The notes: generated by a model from the letters alone, not told the origin. DNA of 26,567 nucleotides from Paraspadella gotoi (GCA_051294375.1 CM119263.1:29754555-29781121); one strand, 5' to 3'. Numbered from the stretch's first letter, positions 1-11,784 are shown. Translations and numbers: made by a program.

Positions 1-212
1 TAAACAAATTTCAAAATGCCTAAAAATTGTTTTATTAAGTTATAATTTTTAAAAACATAAAGATCCATAAGTTAGATAAAGTTTAATATTACAACAATAT
101 TGCGAAAAGGATTTACAGTACAATTGAAATGAAAAGATAAAGCGTCTTTGAGTAATGGAAATCACTGCTAGAATTGTAAAGTAAATTAAGTTATAAAGTA
201 AGGCTATCGAAT

Positions 213-545
213 GTCGGCTTAAGCACATAGCGATGGCGGGTAAAGCAAATCGGAACGGCGGCTAAATCGAATCGTCGCTGGCGGCCAAATCGCACCGACA
301 GTGGCGGCTAAGGTGTCGGTATGCGAATGATTTATCCTTTTCTTCCATTTCTCGACGTTTTTGTCACCCGAAAAGACATCAGCCTTTCGTTGGAGGACGA
401 AGAAAGACGAAGGGAGAAAGGCGAAGGGCGAACGTTGAAGGACGAACTTTGGATCTTGGAAAGACGAAGTTTAGAGGACAGAGTGAAATGGGGGCCAAGG
501 TGGAAGGACGAAGGTTGAAAAGGCGAAGTTAATAGGACGGACTTT
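213..545 (+). repeat. Two adjacent degenerate short-period arrays (ggcggctaa every ~23 bp, then ggacgaa/ggcgaa motifs)
   Basis: ggcgg at 235, 257, 280 and 303, followed by about 10 gacgaa/ggcgaa motifs between 395 and 545. Confidence 0.6.
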
Positions 546-1644
546 TTAAAGTCGCCTTGATAAAGAACAGAGCGGCTTTAATAATTTCATTTGCATATTG
601 CTGTGAACGTTTTCTACTAAATCTTACCACGTTTTAACTAATGTATTTCCTGATGTTTATAATTTACATACAATTATTTTTAAGCAGAAAGAAATTGGGT
701 TGTTACTTTTATTCACTGAATTACTTTTCCTGGACGAAAAGCAAAAGATAATCTGGTAAAATATTAATGGAATAAATCATTTTTAAGTTTTAAGTTTTTA
801 AAAAAAATAAATCAAGATTTCCTGGTTACTTCCCGGAGGCCTTATTTGTAGCTATAGGTCGAAGACCTGGCATAATCAATAATGCTTTAATTTATTTTAT
901 TAATTAAAAATTAAATAAATCTAATTGCGAGGTTTGCCTCTATTTTTCAGCTGTAGAAGGAATATTTTGATATTGACATAATCTCGGTTGTCATAAATCA
1001 ACTTTGGGTTCGCTGCTATTATAATTTATAGCTCACTGTTAATAAGATAACAGGCGAACAGCGCCGACTAACGGCGAACGTACGAACGACGAAGTGCAAA
1101 TTAAGATCGACGTCCAAAAAAGTAGGTCAATCACCACAACTTTCGACTCGAACAAAGTAACAAAGATGAAAGGATTTTTCGTCAAAACTTCATCCATAAA
1201 CGTAATGACATTGGGGTATAGTTGAAGTCGACGTTCGTCGTCGTTAGTCGTCATCGTTGCAGTCGTTGGTCGTTGTCATCGTCCATCGTCATCGTCGTTA
1301 CGTTGTCTTCGTCATTGTCGTCGTCGTTCGCCGTCGTTATTGTCGTCTTCGTCTTCGTCGTTTGTCGTCGTCATTGCTGTCAACCCTCGTCGCCGTAGTC
1401 GTAATTCTAATTGATGAGTTCACGGTGGTTCGCCTTCGCCGTTACCATGGCAACAATAACAAGAAAATCAGCAACGGAACTCTTGCATAATACAATTATA
1501 AAACAATAAAAATATCGATATCCAATCAAGTGCATTGGCTTCTCGGCTTCTTTCCCTTTATCGATTATTTCCGGGAGTCAGTGGCCGAAAAATAACGAAA
1601 GGAAGGAAGAAAAAGATAANNNNNNNNNNNNNNNNNNNNNNNNN

Positions 1645-3691
1645 AAAAGAGACAGAGAGATTTCGTTGTCACTCACTAAAATCTGTTAATTTCCATTATC
1701 TTAGTATGCTAAATTTTTCTTTTACTTATTTTCTATAACTTTATTTTTTTTTTCTGTTTTGTTCTCTTAATATCTCCGTTTTCTTCCTCCTTTTTTTCTC
1801 TTATAACTTTTTCCATTTTACATATCATTTCCCATCTTTTTCTGTCTCAAGTGATCTTTACCTATCTCACTCTTCTCCTATCTCATACGATCTTATCATT
1901 CTCTTCCTCTTCTTTCTACTTCTCATTCCTTCCTTCACCCTCTTTCTCTTCGTTTTCTACTTCTCATCCTATTATTCTCTATTTCTTCTCTCCTTTTCTA
2001 CTTCTCAATCCTATCTCTTTCTTCTCTATCCTCTACTTTTCTACTTCTCATCCTATCCTTCAACCTTCTTTTTTACTTGCCTTTTTCTACTTCTCAATCC
2101 TATTTTTCTCTTTTCTTCTCGCCTTTTCTCCCCTTCTCATCCTATCTTTCTCTTCCTCTTCCTCACTCTTTTCTACTTTCTCATCCTATTTTTGCTCTTT
2201 TCTCTTCTCTCCTTTTCTACTTTCTCATTCTAAATCTTCTTTCTTCTCTGCGCATTTTCATCCAGATTCAAGAATCCGTTTCGTCCAATTCTTTTAATGG
2301 CCTACGATTTATTGAGACCCGATGTTGCGCGAAGTGAATTCATTTATTAAGACACAGGGTGAAGAAAGGGCATCGGGCGATAAGGACTATTTGTGTTAAC
2401 AGATTCCTTACTGCATAACAAAAAATGTTTTGCATTAGACGTATTATTTACCAATTTAAGTTTTGAATCAAAGTTTGTCAAATCTGAGAATATTTTTTTT
2501 TAGTAAATGAAAATATACAAAATTAATTGATTCACTATCTTATATTGTTTATGAAAATTTGCAAATTACTTGTTTCAACTCTTTTTATTTTTTCTATTTA
2601 ATATTTTAATATTTTTATGAAGGATTTAGTATTTAATCTATATTATTATTCAAATATATATTCTTTCTTTTTTAAAAATGGTTTTTATTTATCTTAATAA
2701 TTCAATTTGGGAAAGGGGAAGTCAGTGTTGGTCTTCTGGAAAATAGGGGAGCAATCATATCAACATATAACAAGTATATTTATAAATAATCTATAATTAT
2801 TTAATTAGATATATATATATTCTTATAAGTGGAAATTCACATTCTTGTATAACAATTCCAGGAAATTATCCGTCCGGGGGTCCATGTTCCATCAACCCAT
2901 GTCCTTAAACCCATGCCCTTCATCCATCTTTCCCGCTATAAACGCCATGCCCGCCATGCCCCATGTCCTATCTATATCCATGCCGTGCACTCCAGAAGAC
3001 TCGAGTCTAAATTCTGTTGCCCTCGATTCTCAAAAATCGTCTCCATTTATCCCAAATTGCGTCGTTTTTTCTATCGCCCCAAGCGAGAGCCCCTTCAACG
3101 CGCCCACCCCCGTCCCCGCAGCACAGGCCGCACCCCATTCAGTCCTTTCCTTCCGCTTACTGTCTCTTACCCTCCTTCATAACCTTTACACTTCCCCCTA
3201 CGCTTATATCCATTTTCACCCGCCTTATCTAAGCTATATACTTACCATATTTTTTTCAAGATATTTTTCTTCATCTCCTCCTTTTACCACTCCCACTCCT
3301 CATCTTCTTCCTCCTCCCCTCTCCCCTATTCTCCGTCTTCCTCCCCTCATTTTCGGCCTCCTTTTCCCTCGCTGCCTCTTCCTTTTCCTTCTGATCTTCC
3401 TTCTCCTCCTGTTTCTTCTTCCGTCTCATTCTTCTTCCCTCCTCCTTCTTCTTCCACCTCCACTACCCCTCCTTCTCCTCCTCTCCACTTCTCCTCCTCT
3501 TCCACCTCCTCCTCCAACCTTTCTTCATTTAAGTTCACCATTTTTCCTCTCAATTTTTTCCCTCCTTTTCAACATTTATACAAAAAAAAAAAAAACGGAA
3601 AAAAAAAAGAAAAAAAAGGAACTGCTTCGAAAAAAAAAATGTCATTAAATAAGTCATTAAAAATTACTTAGATTCTGAAAAAATTGTCTGA
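1645..3691 (+). repeat. ~2.05 kb direct duplication, copy 1
   Basis: Collinear with 4080-6165 from aaaagagacagagagatttcgttgtcac to ttagattctgaaaaaattgtctgaa. Differences are mostly 1-2 nt indels, and the copy starts right after a 25-N gap. Confidence 0.95.
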
Positions 3692-4054
3692 AAAAACATG
3701 GAATAAAGTCTTAGGAACATGTACGCATAATTTTTGGTGTTTGATCTTTTTTTTTTTCTGGGGTTTTTAATTTATTACGTCTTTCTCTTTTTATTTCTTT
3801 CCCATTTCTCACCCTCTCTTTACTATCTCCCTTCTTACCTCTCCCTATCTTCCATTAAACATCTCGTCTCATCTCTCTCTTCTCTCTCTCTCTTCATTCT
3901 CTCTCTCTTCTCTCTCCTCTCTCTCTCTCTCTCATCTCCATCATTTCTACTTCAGCCAATCTTCTCATCATAAAATTAAAAACCCCAGAAAAAAAAAGAT
4001 CAACACCAAAAATTATGCGTACATGTTCCTAAGACTTTATTCCATGTTTTATTC
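3692..4054. repeat. Fold-back with ~85-bp arms (3692-3775 / 3970-4054) around a CT-rich loop
   Basis: aaaacatggaataaagtcttaggaacatgtacgcataatttttggtg is mirrored by caccaaaaattatgcgtacatgttcctaagactttattccatgtttt. The right arm ends at an N-gap. Confidence 0.9.
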
Positions 4055-4079
4055 NNNNNNNNNNNNNNNNNNNNNNNNN

Positions 4080-6165
4080 AAAAGAGACAGAGAGATTTCG
4101 TTGTCACTCACTAAAAATCTGTTATTCCTTTATCTTAGTATGCTAAATTTTCTTTACTTATTTTCTAACTTTATTTTTTATTTTCTGTTTTGTTTCTTGA
4201 AATATCTCCGTTTTCCTTCCTCCTTTTTTTCTCTTTAACTTTTCCATCTTTACATATCATTTTCCATCTTTTTCTGTCTCAAGTGATCTGTTAACCATGC
4301 TCACTCTTCTCACTATCTCAATACGATCTTATCATTCTCTTCTCTTCTTTCTACTTCTCATCCATATCCTTCACCCTCTTTTCTCTTCGTTTTTCTAGCT
4401 TCTCATCCTATTATTTCTATTTCTCTCTCCTTTTCATACTTCTCATATCCTATCTTTCTCATTCTCATCTCTACTTTTCTACTTCTCATCCTATCCTTCA
4501 ACCATTCTTTTTTACTTGCCTTTTCTACTTCTCATTCCTATTTTTCTCTTTTCTTCTCGTCCTTTTCCCTGCCTTCTCATGCTATCATTTCTCTTCCTCT
4601 TCCTCACTCCTTTTCTACTTCTCATCCTATTTTTGCTCTTCTCTTCTCTCCTTTTCTACTTTCTCATTCTAAATCTTTCTCTTCTCTGCGCCTTTTATCA
4701 CAGATTCAAGAATCCGTTTCGTCCATTCTTTTAATGGCCTACGATTTATTGAGACCCGAATGTGCGCGAAGTGAATTCATTTATTAAGACAAACAGGGTG
4801 AAAGAAGAGGGCACTCGGGCGATAAGGTACATTTGTGTTAAGACAGATTCCTCTACTCATAACAAAAATGTATTTGCATTAGACGTAGTTATTTACAATT
4901 TAAGTTTTGAATCAAAAGTTTGTCAATCTGAGAATATTTTTTTTTAGTAAATGAAAATATACAAAATTAATTGATTCACTATCTTATATTGTATTATGAA
5001 AATTTGCAAATTACTTGTTTCACTCTTTTTATATTTTTCTATTTAATATTTTATATTTTTTTATGAAGGATTTAGTATTTGATCTATATTAATTTATTCA
5101 AATATATATTCTTTCTTTTTTAAAATGTTTTTATTTATCTTAATAATTCAATTTGGGAAGGGGAAGTCAGTGTTGGTCTTCTGGAAAATAGAGGGAGCAA
5201 TCTATACAAGCATATAAACAAGTATATTTATAAATAATACTATAATTATTTAATTAGATATATAATATATTTTATAAGTGAAATTCACAATTCTTGTTAA
5301 CAATTCGCCAGGGAAATTATCCGTCACGGGGAGTGGGACCATGTTCCATCAACCCATGTCCTTAAACCCATGCCCCTTCATCCATCTTTCCCCGCTATAA
5401 ACGCCATGCCCGCCATGCCCCATTCCTATCTATATCCCATGCTCGTCACTCCAGAGATCATCGAGTCTAAATTCTGTTGCCCTCGGATTCTCAAAAAATC
5501 TCTCCATTTATCCCAAATTGCGTTCGTTTTTCTATCGCCCTAGCGAGAGCCCCTTCAACGCCCCAGCACCCCCGTCCCCCAGCACAGAGCCGCACCCCCA
5601 TTCAGTCCTTTCCTTCCGCTTACGTCTCTTCTCTCTCCTTCATAACCTTTACACATTCCCCTACGCTTAATCCATTTTCACACCGCTTAATCTAAGCTAT
5701 ATACTTTACCATATTTTTTTCAAGATATTTTTCTTCCCATCTCCTCTTTTACCACTGCCCACTCCTCATCTTCTTCCTCCTCCCCTCTTCCCCTCATTCT
5801 CTCTTCCTCCCCCTCATTTCCCTCCTTTTCCCTCGCATCCTTTCTTTTCCTTCTGATCTTCCTTCTCCTCCTGCTCTTCTTGCCGTCTCATCTTCTTCCC
5901 TCCTCCTTCTTCTATCCACCTCCACTACCCCTCCATTCTCCTCCTCTTCCACTATCCTACCTCCTCTTCCACCTCCTCCTCCAACCTTTCTTCATGGTTT
6001 AAGTTCCCATTTTTCCTCTCAATTTTTTCCCTCCTTTTCAACTATTTATATCAAAAAAAAAAAAAACGGAGAAAAAAAAAGAAAAAAAGGAACTGCTTCG
6101 AAAAAAAAAATGGTCATTAAATAAGTCATTAAAAACTTACTTAGATTCTGAAAAAATTGTCTGAA
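4080..6165 (+). repeat. ~2.05 kb direct duplication, copy 2
   Basis: Same start and end sequence as copy 1, and it also begins immediately after a 25-N gap. Confidence 0.95.
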
Positions 6166-6480
6166 GAGAAGAGAAAGATAGGATGAGAAGTAGAAAAGGA
6201 GAGAAAAGAAGTGAAGGATAGGATGAGAAGTAGAAAAGAAGAGAAGAGAATGATAAGATCGTATGAGATAGGATAAGAGTAAGATAGGTAAAGATCACTT
6301 GAGACAGAAAAAGATGAGAAAGATATGTAAAGATGGAAAAGTTTAAAGAGAAAAAAAGGAGGAAGAAAACGGAGATATAAAGAACCAAGCAGAAAATAAA
6401 AATAAAAATATAGAAAATAAGTAAAGAAAATTTAGATAAGATAAAGGAATAACAGATTTTTAGTGTGTGACAACGAATTT
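6165..6480 (-). repeat. Inverted, more diverged copy of the first ~320 bp of the duplicated unit
   Basis: For example, agatcacttgagacagaaaaagatg (~6292) is the reverse complement of catctttttctgtctcaagtgatct (~1833 and ~4265). The copy ends gtgacaacgaa. Confidence 0.85.
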
Positions 6481-6572
6481 TTATTTCATAGGGACATGTT
6501 TCGACTCTGTGGTTGAGATAAATAAAAAAGAAAAAAACAAACAAGAGGATGAAAATAAAGGTATAGAAAGAC

Positions 6573-6573
<1 letters not shown>

Positions 6574-6636
<63 letters not shown>

Positions 6637-6640
6637 AAAG
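6574..6640 (+). repeat. (AAAG)n microsatellite
   Basis: About 16 perfect aaag units. Confidence 0.95.
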
Positions 6641-7121
6641 AAATAAAATTAAAAAACCTCGAAAAAATAAGAAAAAAGGAAAAAAGGAAAAATAAGAGAA
6701 AAAAAGGAGAAAAAAGGGAAAAAAATGAGAAAAAAAGAGAATAAAGAGAAAAAAGGAGAAAAAAAAGAAAGGAGCCCCGAAATACGTGCTTATTTTTTTT
6801 TCACTCAGCGGCTGCGCGTCCGAAAATCAAAAAAGGATTTTAAACTGGGTTTTCTCCCTCATAAATTTTCCTTCTCCTCACTTTTTTTTATTTCTAAATT
6901 TTATTTCAAAATTTTTTATTTATTTTAAAAAATATGAGAATTTTTTGAGCTAATATTATTTTAAAATTGCAATGAAAATCAGTGAGGTTGATTATTTATT
7001 TCACTGATGTAAAATTTTTCACCGCGAAGGCTGATATTACGATTTTGTTCATTTATAAAATGTTTTTTTAAGTGGTAAAAACAAAATACTTTATTAATTA
7101 TATTTTTCCTTTTGTTTTCAG

Positions 7122-7228
7122 TGCCGAACAGCAAAGTTGGGTTTGGTTGCACCTGGCAACGATAAACCATCTGCCGCACAAGTTTGGAGATGCCAAGCAT
7201 TGCAAGGCCTCGAAAGTCCGTACTATAG
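7122..7228 (+). CDS. Internal exon A of a leucine-rich repeat protein (AEQQSWVWLHLATINHLPHKFGDAKHCKASKVRTI-G)
   Basis: Acceptor ttttgttttcag ends at 7121 and donor gtaagt starts at 7229. The 107-nt exon is open and ends in phase 1, matching the next exon. WLHL..INHLP is LRR-like. Confidence 0.72.
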
Positions 7229-7239
7229 GTAAGTTAGAC

Positions 7240-7254
7240 TCTTTTTCTTTCTTT

Positions 7255-7303
<49 letters not shown>

Positions 7304-7553
7304 TCTTTCTTTCTTTTCTTTTTTTTTCTTTCTTTCTTTCCCTCTCTCTCTCTCTTTTTAATTTTCATTTGCTCTCTTTTTTTCTCTCTTCACTTCTCTC
7401 CCTTTTACAGGCCATAAGCATATGTTTCTCTTCCCCCTCTCTCCTCTCTTCTCTCTCTCTCTTTCTCTCTCGTCTCTCTCTCACTCCTTTCAAGGTCTCT
7501 ATGTCCGCCCACCATAGTAACACCATGTCATCATCCAAACTATTTTCATACCC

Positions 7554-7610
<57 letters not shown>

Positions 7611-7990
7611 TCTCTCTTTCTCTCTCTAAATGGAATCGGCCTTGTCTTCTTTCAGTGATTGATTTCTGCTTCTCTTCGTTTTTTTATCAAAACCTTTTAC
7701 ACCACCACCACAACCACCACAACCATCACCATCACCACAACAACCACAATTATCACGACCACCATAACCATCACAACCACTACAACCATCACAACAACCC
7801 CAATCATCACAACCATCACAACTATTACAACCAAAACAACTAAAATCAAAAACAATTACAATGACAACGAAACCGCAACATAAGTGACATCCAAGCAGGA
7901 ACTCAGGCACACTAAACTGACCTCCAACAAAAACAACAACATCAACAACATCTAGAACAACAACAACTATCAGACAAACTCACAACAATA
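7240..7990 (+). repeat. Intronic low-complexity block: (TTTC)n, (TC)n and (ACC/ACA)n
   Basis: Lies between the two LRR exons. It generates spurious poly-Thr, His/Asn and Leu/Ser ORFs. Confidence 0.9.
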
Positions 7991-8051
7991 ACAAATTATC
8001 CCACTGGTACGTCTCATCATAGACTGTAAAATCTCCCTTCTCATTTTTTAG

Positions 8052-8176
8052 GCCTTCATTACAACGACATAAAATACGTGAGTGCTGGAGCATTCAGAGG
8101 ATCAGTGGGTCATATGCTGGAGGAGCTTTATCTGCATTCCAATAAACTGGAGTCGCTTCCCGAGTCGCTCTTCGTG
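8052..8176 (+). CDS. Internal exon B of a leucine-rich repeat protein (G-LHYNDIKYVSAGAFRGSVGHMLEELYLHSNKLESLPESLFV)
   Basis: Acceptor tcatttttttag ends at 8051 and donor gtgagt starts at 8177. The 125-nt exon fits the typical LRR consensus LxxLxLxxNxLxxLPxxxF twice. Junction codon G+GC = Gly yields VRTIGLHYNDI (LxxLxLxxNxI). Confidence 0.88.
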
Positions 8177-8954
8177 GTGAGTTTGTGTGGGTGGGTCATT
8201 AAAGCTGCTGGGTCAATGCAATGGGTGAGTCACTCCATCGGTTGCTTTGGTTGAGTCACTGATATTCGAAAAATCGGTCAGATGTTTTACAATTCACCGT
8301 ATGTAAGTGTGAAATGAGTGTGGCTAAGTGTGCGACGAATTTAAAGACAAATAACGCCGAGAAAACACCGACTCTGAACGAAATGACAATCTTCAGGATG
8401 ATTATGAGTGCCCAGTTTTTGTTAGTTTTTTTTTTAGAATTGAATTTTAAATATAATATTTAATCTAAATCTTATTTTAAATTTATAAAACAATCTCTAA
8501 CCCTAACCCCTAACCATAATCCCTTAGTCGAGATTAATAAAAAAATCCCAGAATCTTTTTATCCACAATTGAATTAAATGTCTTCGCCATAATTCTTCCT
8601 TCTGCTTTAATCGACCTTTTTCATCAAGATTTTCCTTCTTTCTACATCACACGCCCTCTTTCTCCATCCGTCTCTCTTTAGTTTTTCTCCATCGCGACAT
8701 CTCCTTCCTTCCACTACATTCTCTATTCCTCTTCTTCTTCCTCCCTCTCCTCTTCTTCCTCCTCCTTCTCCTCCTCCTCCTCCGCTTCCGGTTTCGAGCT
8801 TCGATGACAAAATTTGTCTTTTCCCTCGTTTCTTCGCGATATTCGATCTCTCTTTATTTTTCCGTCTCTTTCCATCTGCAGTCCCAACTGTATCCTACGA
8901 TTATTTTCCATTTCATCTGTAGAAGTACCAAGATATGTCTGAGCCGAACCGGCT

Positions 8955-9115
8955 CTCTTTTAACAAAGGGCCCCGTTTCTGTTGCTTTCTTTTCCCAAAG
9001 CGTCCTATTTCTGTTGCTCTTTTTACCCAGAGCGTCCTATTTCTGTTGCTCTTTTTACCCAGAGCGTCCTATTTCTGTTGCTCTCTTATTCCAGAGCATC
9101 TCATTTCTGTTCTGT
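8955..9115 (+). repeat. 32-bp minisatellite, about 5 copies (tttctgttgctctttttacccagagcgtccta)
   Basis: Unit starts at 8976, 9008, 9040, 9072 and 9104. The central copies are identical and the outer copies diverged. Confidence 0.92.
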
Positions 9116-9132
9116 TATTCCAGAATTTAATT

Positions 9133-9298
9133 TTAACCTTAACATTTAACCTAAACATATTTCTATACTTATAACCATAATCTCTAACCATAATCGTGAA
9201 GCCTATCCTAATCCTATCCGTTATCCCTAATCTAATCACAAACATAATCCCTGTCCATCATCACTAACCTAATCCATAACCCTATCTTTCAACCTAAT
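9133..9298 (+). repeat. Degenerate TAACC(C/A)-type hexamer tract (telomere-like); a shorter tract at 8497-8526
   Basis: ctaaccctaacccctaaccataatccc at 8497, and many taacct/taacca/taatcc/tatccc units at 9133-9298. Confidence 0.6.
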
Positions 9299-9299
9299 T

Positions 9300-11175
9300 T
9301 TTAATTAATTCAGAATTTTAGACAAAATGGGGGTTTTTGGGAAAATAAGTCCTACGAGGCTTTAGTAGCTGTACGAAAGTTGATATACGCTACAATTACT
9401 TCTCTCTTGACATCTACCATCTCTATCCAATTTTCTCTTTCAGTCTTTTAATATTTACTATCTCTTTCCCATTCATTTCTGAGAATTAGATTCAGTAAGA
9501 AGAGTGAGAGGAAATCAGGGGGATGAGGTCACAGCTGGAAGAGTAAATCGACAGAGATGAGGGGAAGTCAACTGTCGGGGAAACCTCACGGTTTTCTGTG
9601 CCTTCTGTAAAACAAGCTTGAGCAAACAATGCCGGATCTGCCCAAGATCGTTAGTGGTAAGCAGCTGATAAGATAATTAATAAATTAAATTATTAATTAA
9701 TATCAATTTTTTTTATTCGCGTCAAAATCGTTTTCCACTTTGTCTCGCTTCTCAATCACAAAACAACAATCTCGATCACAAAATTAATGAATAAATTAAT
9801 TAATTACAAATAATTAATAATTAATTAATTACTATTTTATTAATAGTTAATTAATGCAGCTTGAATTTATATTTAATATAAAAAGAAAAAAAGCATAATC
9901 AAATAGTGAAATAGATTTTTTGTTTTTTCTATTTTAACTCATTTTGGACTATTCCATCGAAACTTGATTTCCGGGTAAATCACGCACGTTCCTAACCACA
10001 TACAAAAGTTCAAGTCACGNNNNNNNNNNNNNNNNNNNNNNNNNACTCACAGCGGCAGAGAGAGGAGAGAGAGGAGAGAGAGAAGAAGAGAGAGACGACG
10101 ATGATGAGAGAGAGAGAGAGACGACGAGCACAAACTCAGGGAAATCTAAGTTCGGTTGAACTAATTGCTAAGTTAAAACCCAGCCAACTGCAGTGGGTAT
10201 CTCTTTTTCAAACTCTCTACTTCCTCCTTTCTCGCTCTTCTCTCTCTCTCTTCTCTCTCTCTCTTCTTCTTACTTTGTAGCCTTTCCCTCAATTTTGAGC
10301 ACGAATCCTGCTATACAGCAGTTATCGCGGTATAATCCACTTAGTGAGTCCGTCGTCCGTCCGTCTTTCCGGTCCGTCCGTCCAGTGACTTCGAATTTGT
10401 ATCGTGTAGGACACGTGGCGTGATTTACCGGAGACTCAAGTTTCTATGGCCCTGCGACTTAGTCCAAAATGAGTTTCTAAAATAGAAAAAACATAAAAAT
10501 CCTATTTTCACTACTTTGATTATCTTTATTTCTTTTATAATTTAATATCAAATTCACATCTGCATATAATTAACTACATTAATAAAGAGTATTAATTTAA
10601 TTATTAATTATTTGTACATTAATTTCAATTTATTCATTGATTTTGTGATCGAGCATTTGTTATGTTTATGTGATTGAGAAGCCCGAGACAAAGTGGAAAA
10701 ACATTTTTGACGCGATAAAAAAAACTGATAGTTAACTTAATAATTAATTAATTAATTAAATTTGCTTGACTCAGCTGCTTACACTAACGTCTTGGGCAGA
10801 TCCGGCCAATTGTTTGCCAAGCTATGTTTACAGTAAGCACAGAAAAAACCGTGAGGTTTCCCCGGACAGTTGACCTTCCCCTCATCTCTTGCAATTTACT
10901 CTTCCACCACTCTGACTATCGACTCATCCCCCTGCATTCCTCTCACTCTTCACTACTGATCTACATTCTCAGAATGAATGGAAAGAGATCAAGTAAATAT
11001 TAAAGGGACTGAAAGAGCGAAAATTGGCATAGAGAATGACGTAGAATCGTCAAGAAGACGACAGTCCAATGTAAGCGCTAATATTCAACTTCTCGTACAG
11101 TTACTAAAGCCGTCGTAGACTCTATCTTTCCACTCAAACACCCCCATTGTCTAAAAATTCTCGCAATTAAATTAA
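9300..11175. repeat. Inverted duplication of ~0.72-0.79 kb (9300-10019 / 10385-11175) across the gap at 10020-10044
   Basis: Examples: gccggatctgcccaaga vs tcttgggcagatccggc, and aactcattttggacta vs tagtccaaaatgagtt. The right arm is longer and rich in insertions. Confidence 0.92.
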
Positions 11176-11571
11176 AAATATAACGAAAGCAAGTACGTCA
11201 GTGCATTTCTGTCGGCCATCACGTCCTATACCAGTCTACTCACACCATCTGCCCTACTACACATTCCCACGATTCGGACCCTAGATCAACAACATTGTTC
11301 AACAACGCCAGCGCACGCACAGAGCACAAATCGAGTGTCGTCTGTTTACAGTCACTCCACTCCGTGGAATCGGTTGACACCGAAGCTGAAATTATATCAC
11401 AAAGTTTGTGGAAGAAACAATTTTAAATACACGTTTCAAATGTTAAATTTTAAATGTGCTTAACAATTAAATGTCTAGCATAGATCTTTCGTCGAAATCA
11501 GTATCCGAATGTCAGATGGTATAACGTTTTTCAATTAATAATATGTCGCATCAAAAGCCATTTTTTAGTCA

Positions 11572-11682
11572 GTCTAACTGCGCCCTAATGTCAAACGACC
11601 TAATAGTCAATTGTCTAGTTGCGCCCTAGTGTCAAGCGCCCTTTTACTCAATTGTCTAACTGCGCCCTCGTGTCAAACCCCT
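11572..11682 (+). repeat. 41-bp tandem repeat, about 3 copies (gtctaactgcgccctartgtcaa...)
   Basis: Unit starts at 11572, 11613 and 11654. Confidence 0.88.
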
Positions 11683-11749
11683 TTGAGCCTCGGGTCTTCC
11701 CTTGAATAACAAAATTTCAAAATCGCTCGAGGAAACAAAAAGGCAACGA

Positions 11750-11784
<35 letters not shown>

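Noticed and set aside
1851-3648. Long F/L/S/P-rich ORFs (148 aa, 267 aa) resembling membrane proteins
   Set aside because: They are translations of CT-rich low-complexity DNA, and the frames are not preserved in the duplicate copy.
7122-7228. Alternative frame CRTAKLGLVAPGNDKP...SPYY
   Set aside because: It is open but ends in phase 2, which is incompatible with the phase-1 start of the LRR exon at 8052.
7626-7910. Poly-Thr mucin-like, His/Asn-rich or Cys/Gly-rich ORFs
   Set aside because: A degenerate (ACC/ACA)n repeat inside the predicted LRR intron, open in several frames simply because of its composition.
8497-8526. True telomere
   Set aside because: Only 2-3 near-perfect units in an interstitial position.
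8955-9115. CRISPR-like array (32-bp period)
   Set aside because: Units are head-to-tail with no unique spacers, there are no cas genes, and the context is eukaryotic.
11572-11682. CRISPR-like array (41-bp period)
   Set aside because: There are only three units, and the variable parts are similar to each other and too short to be spacers.
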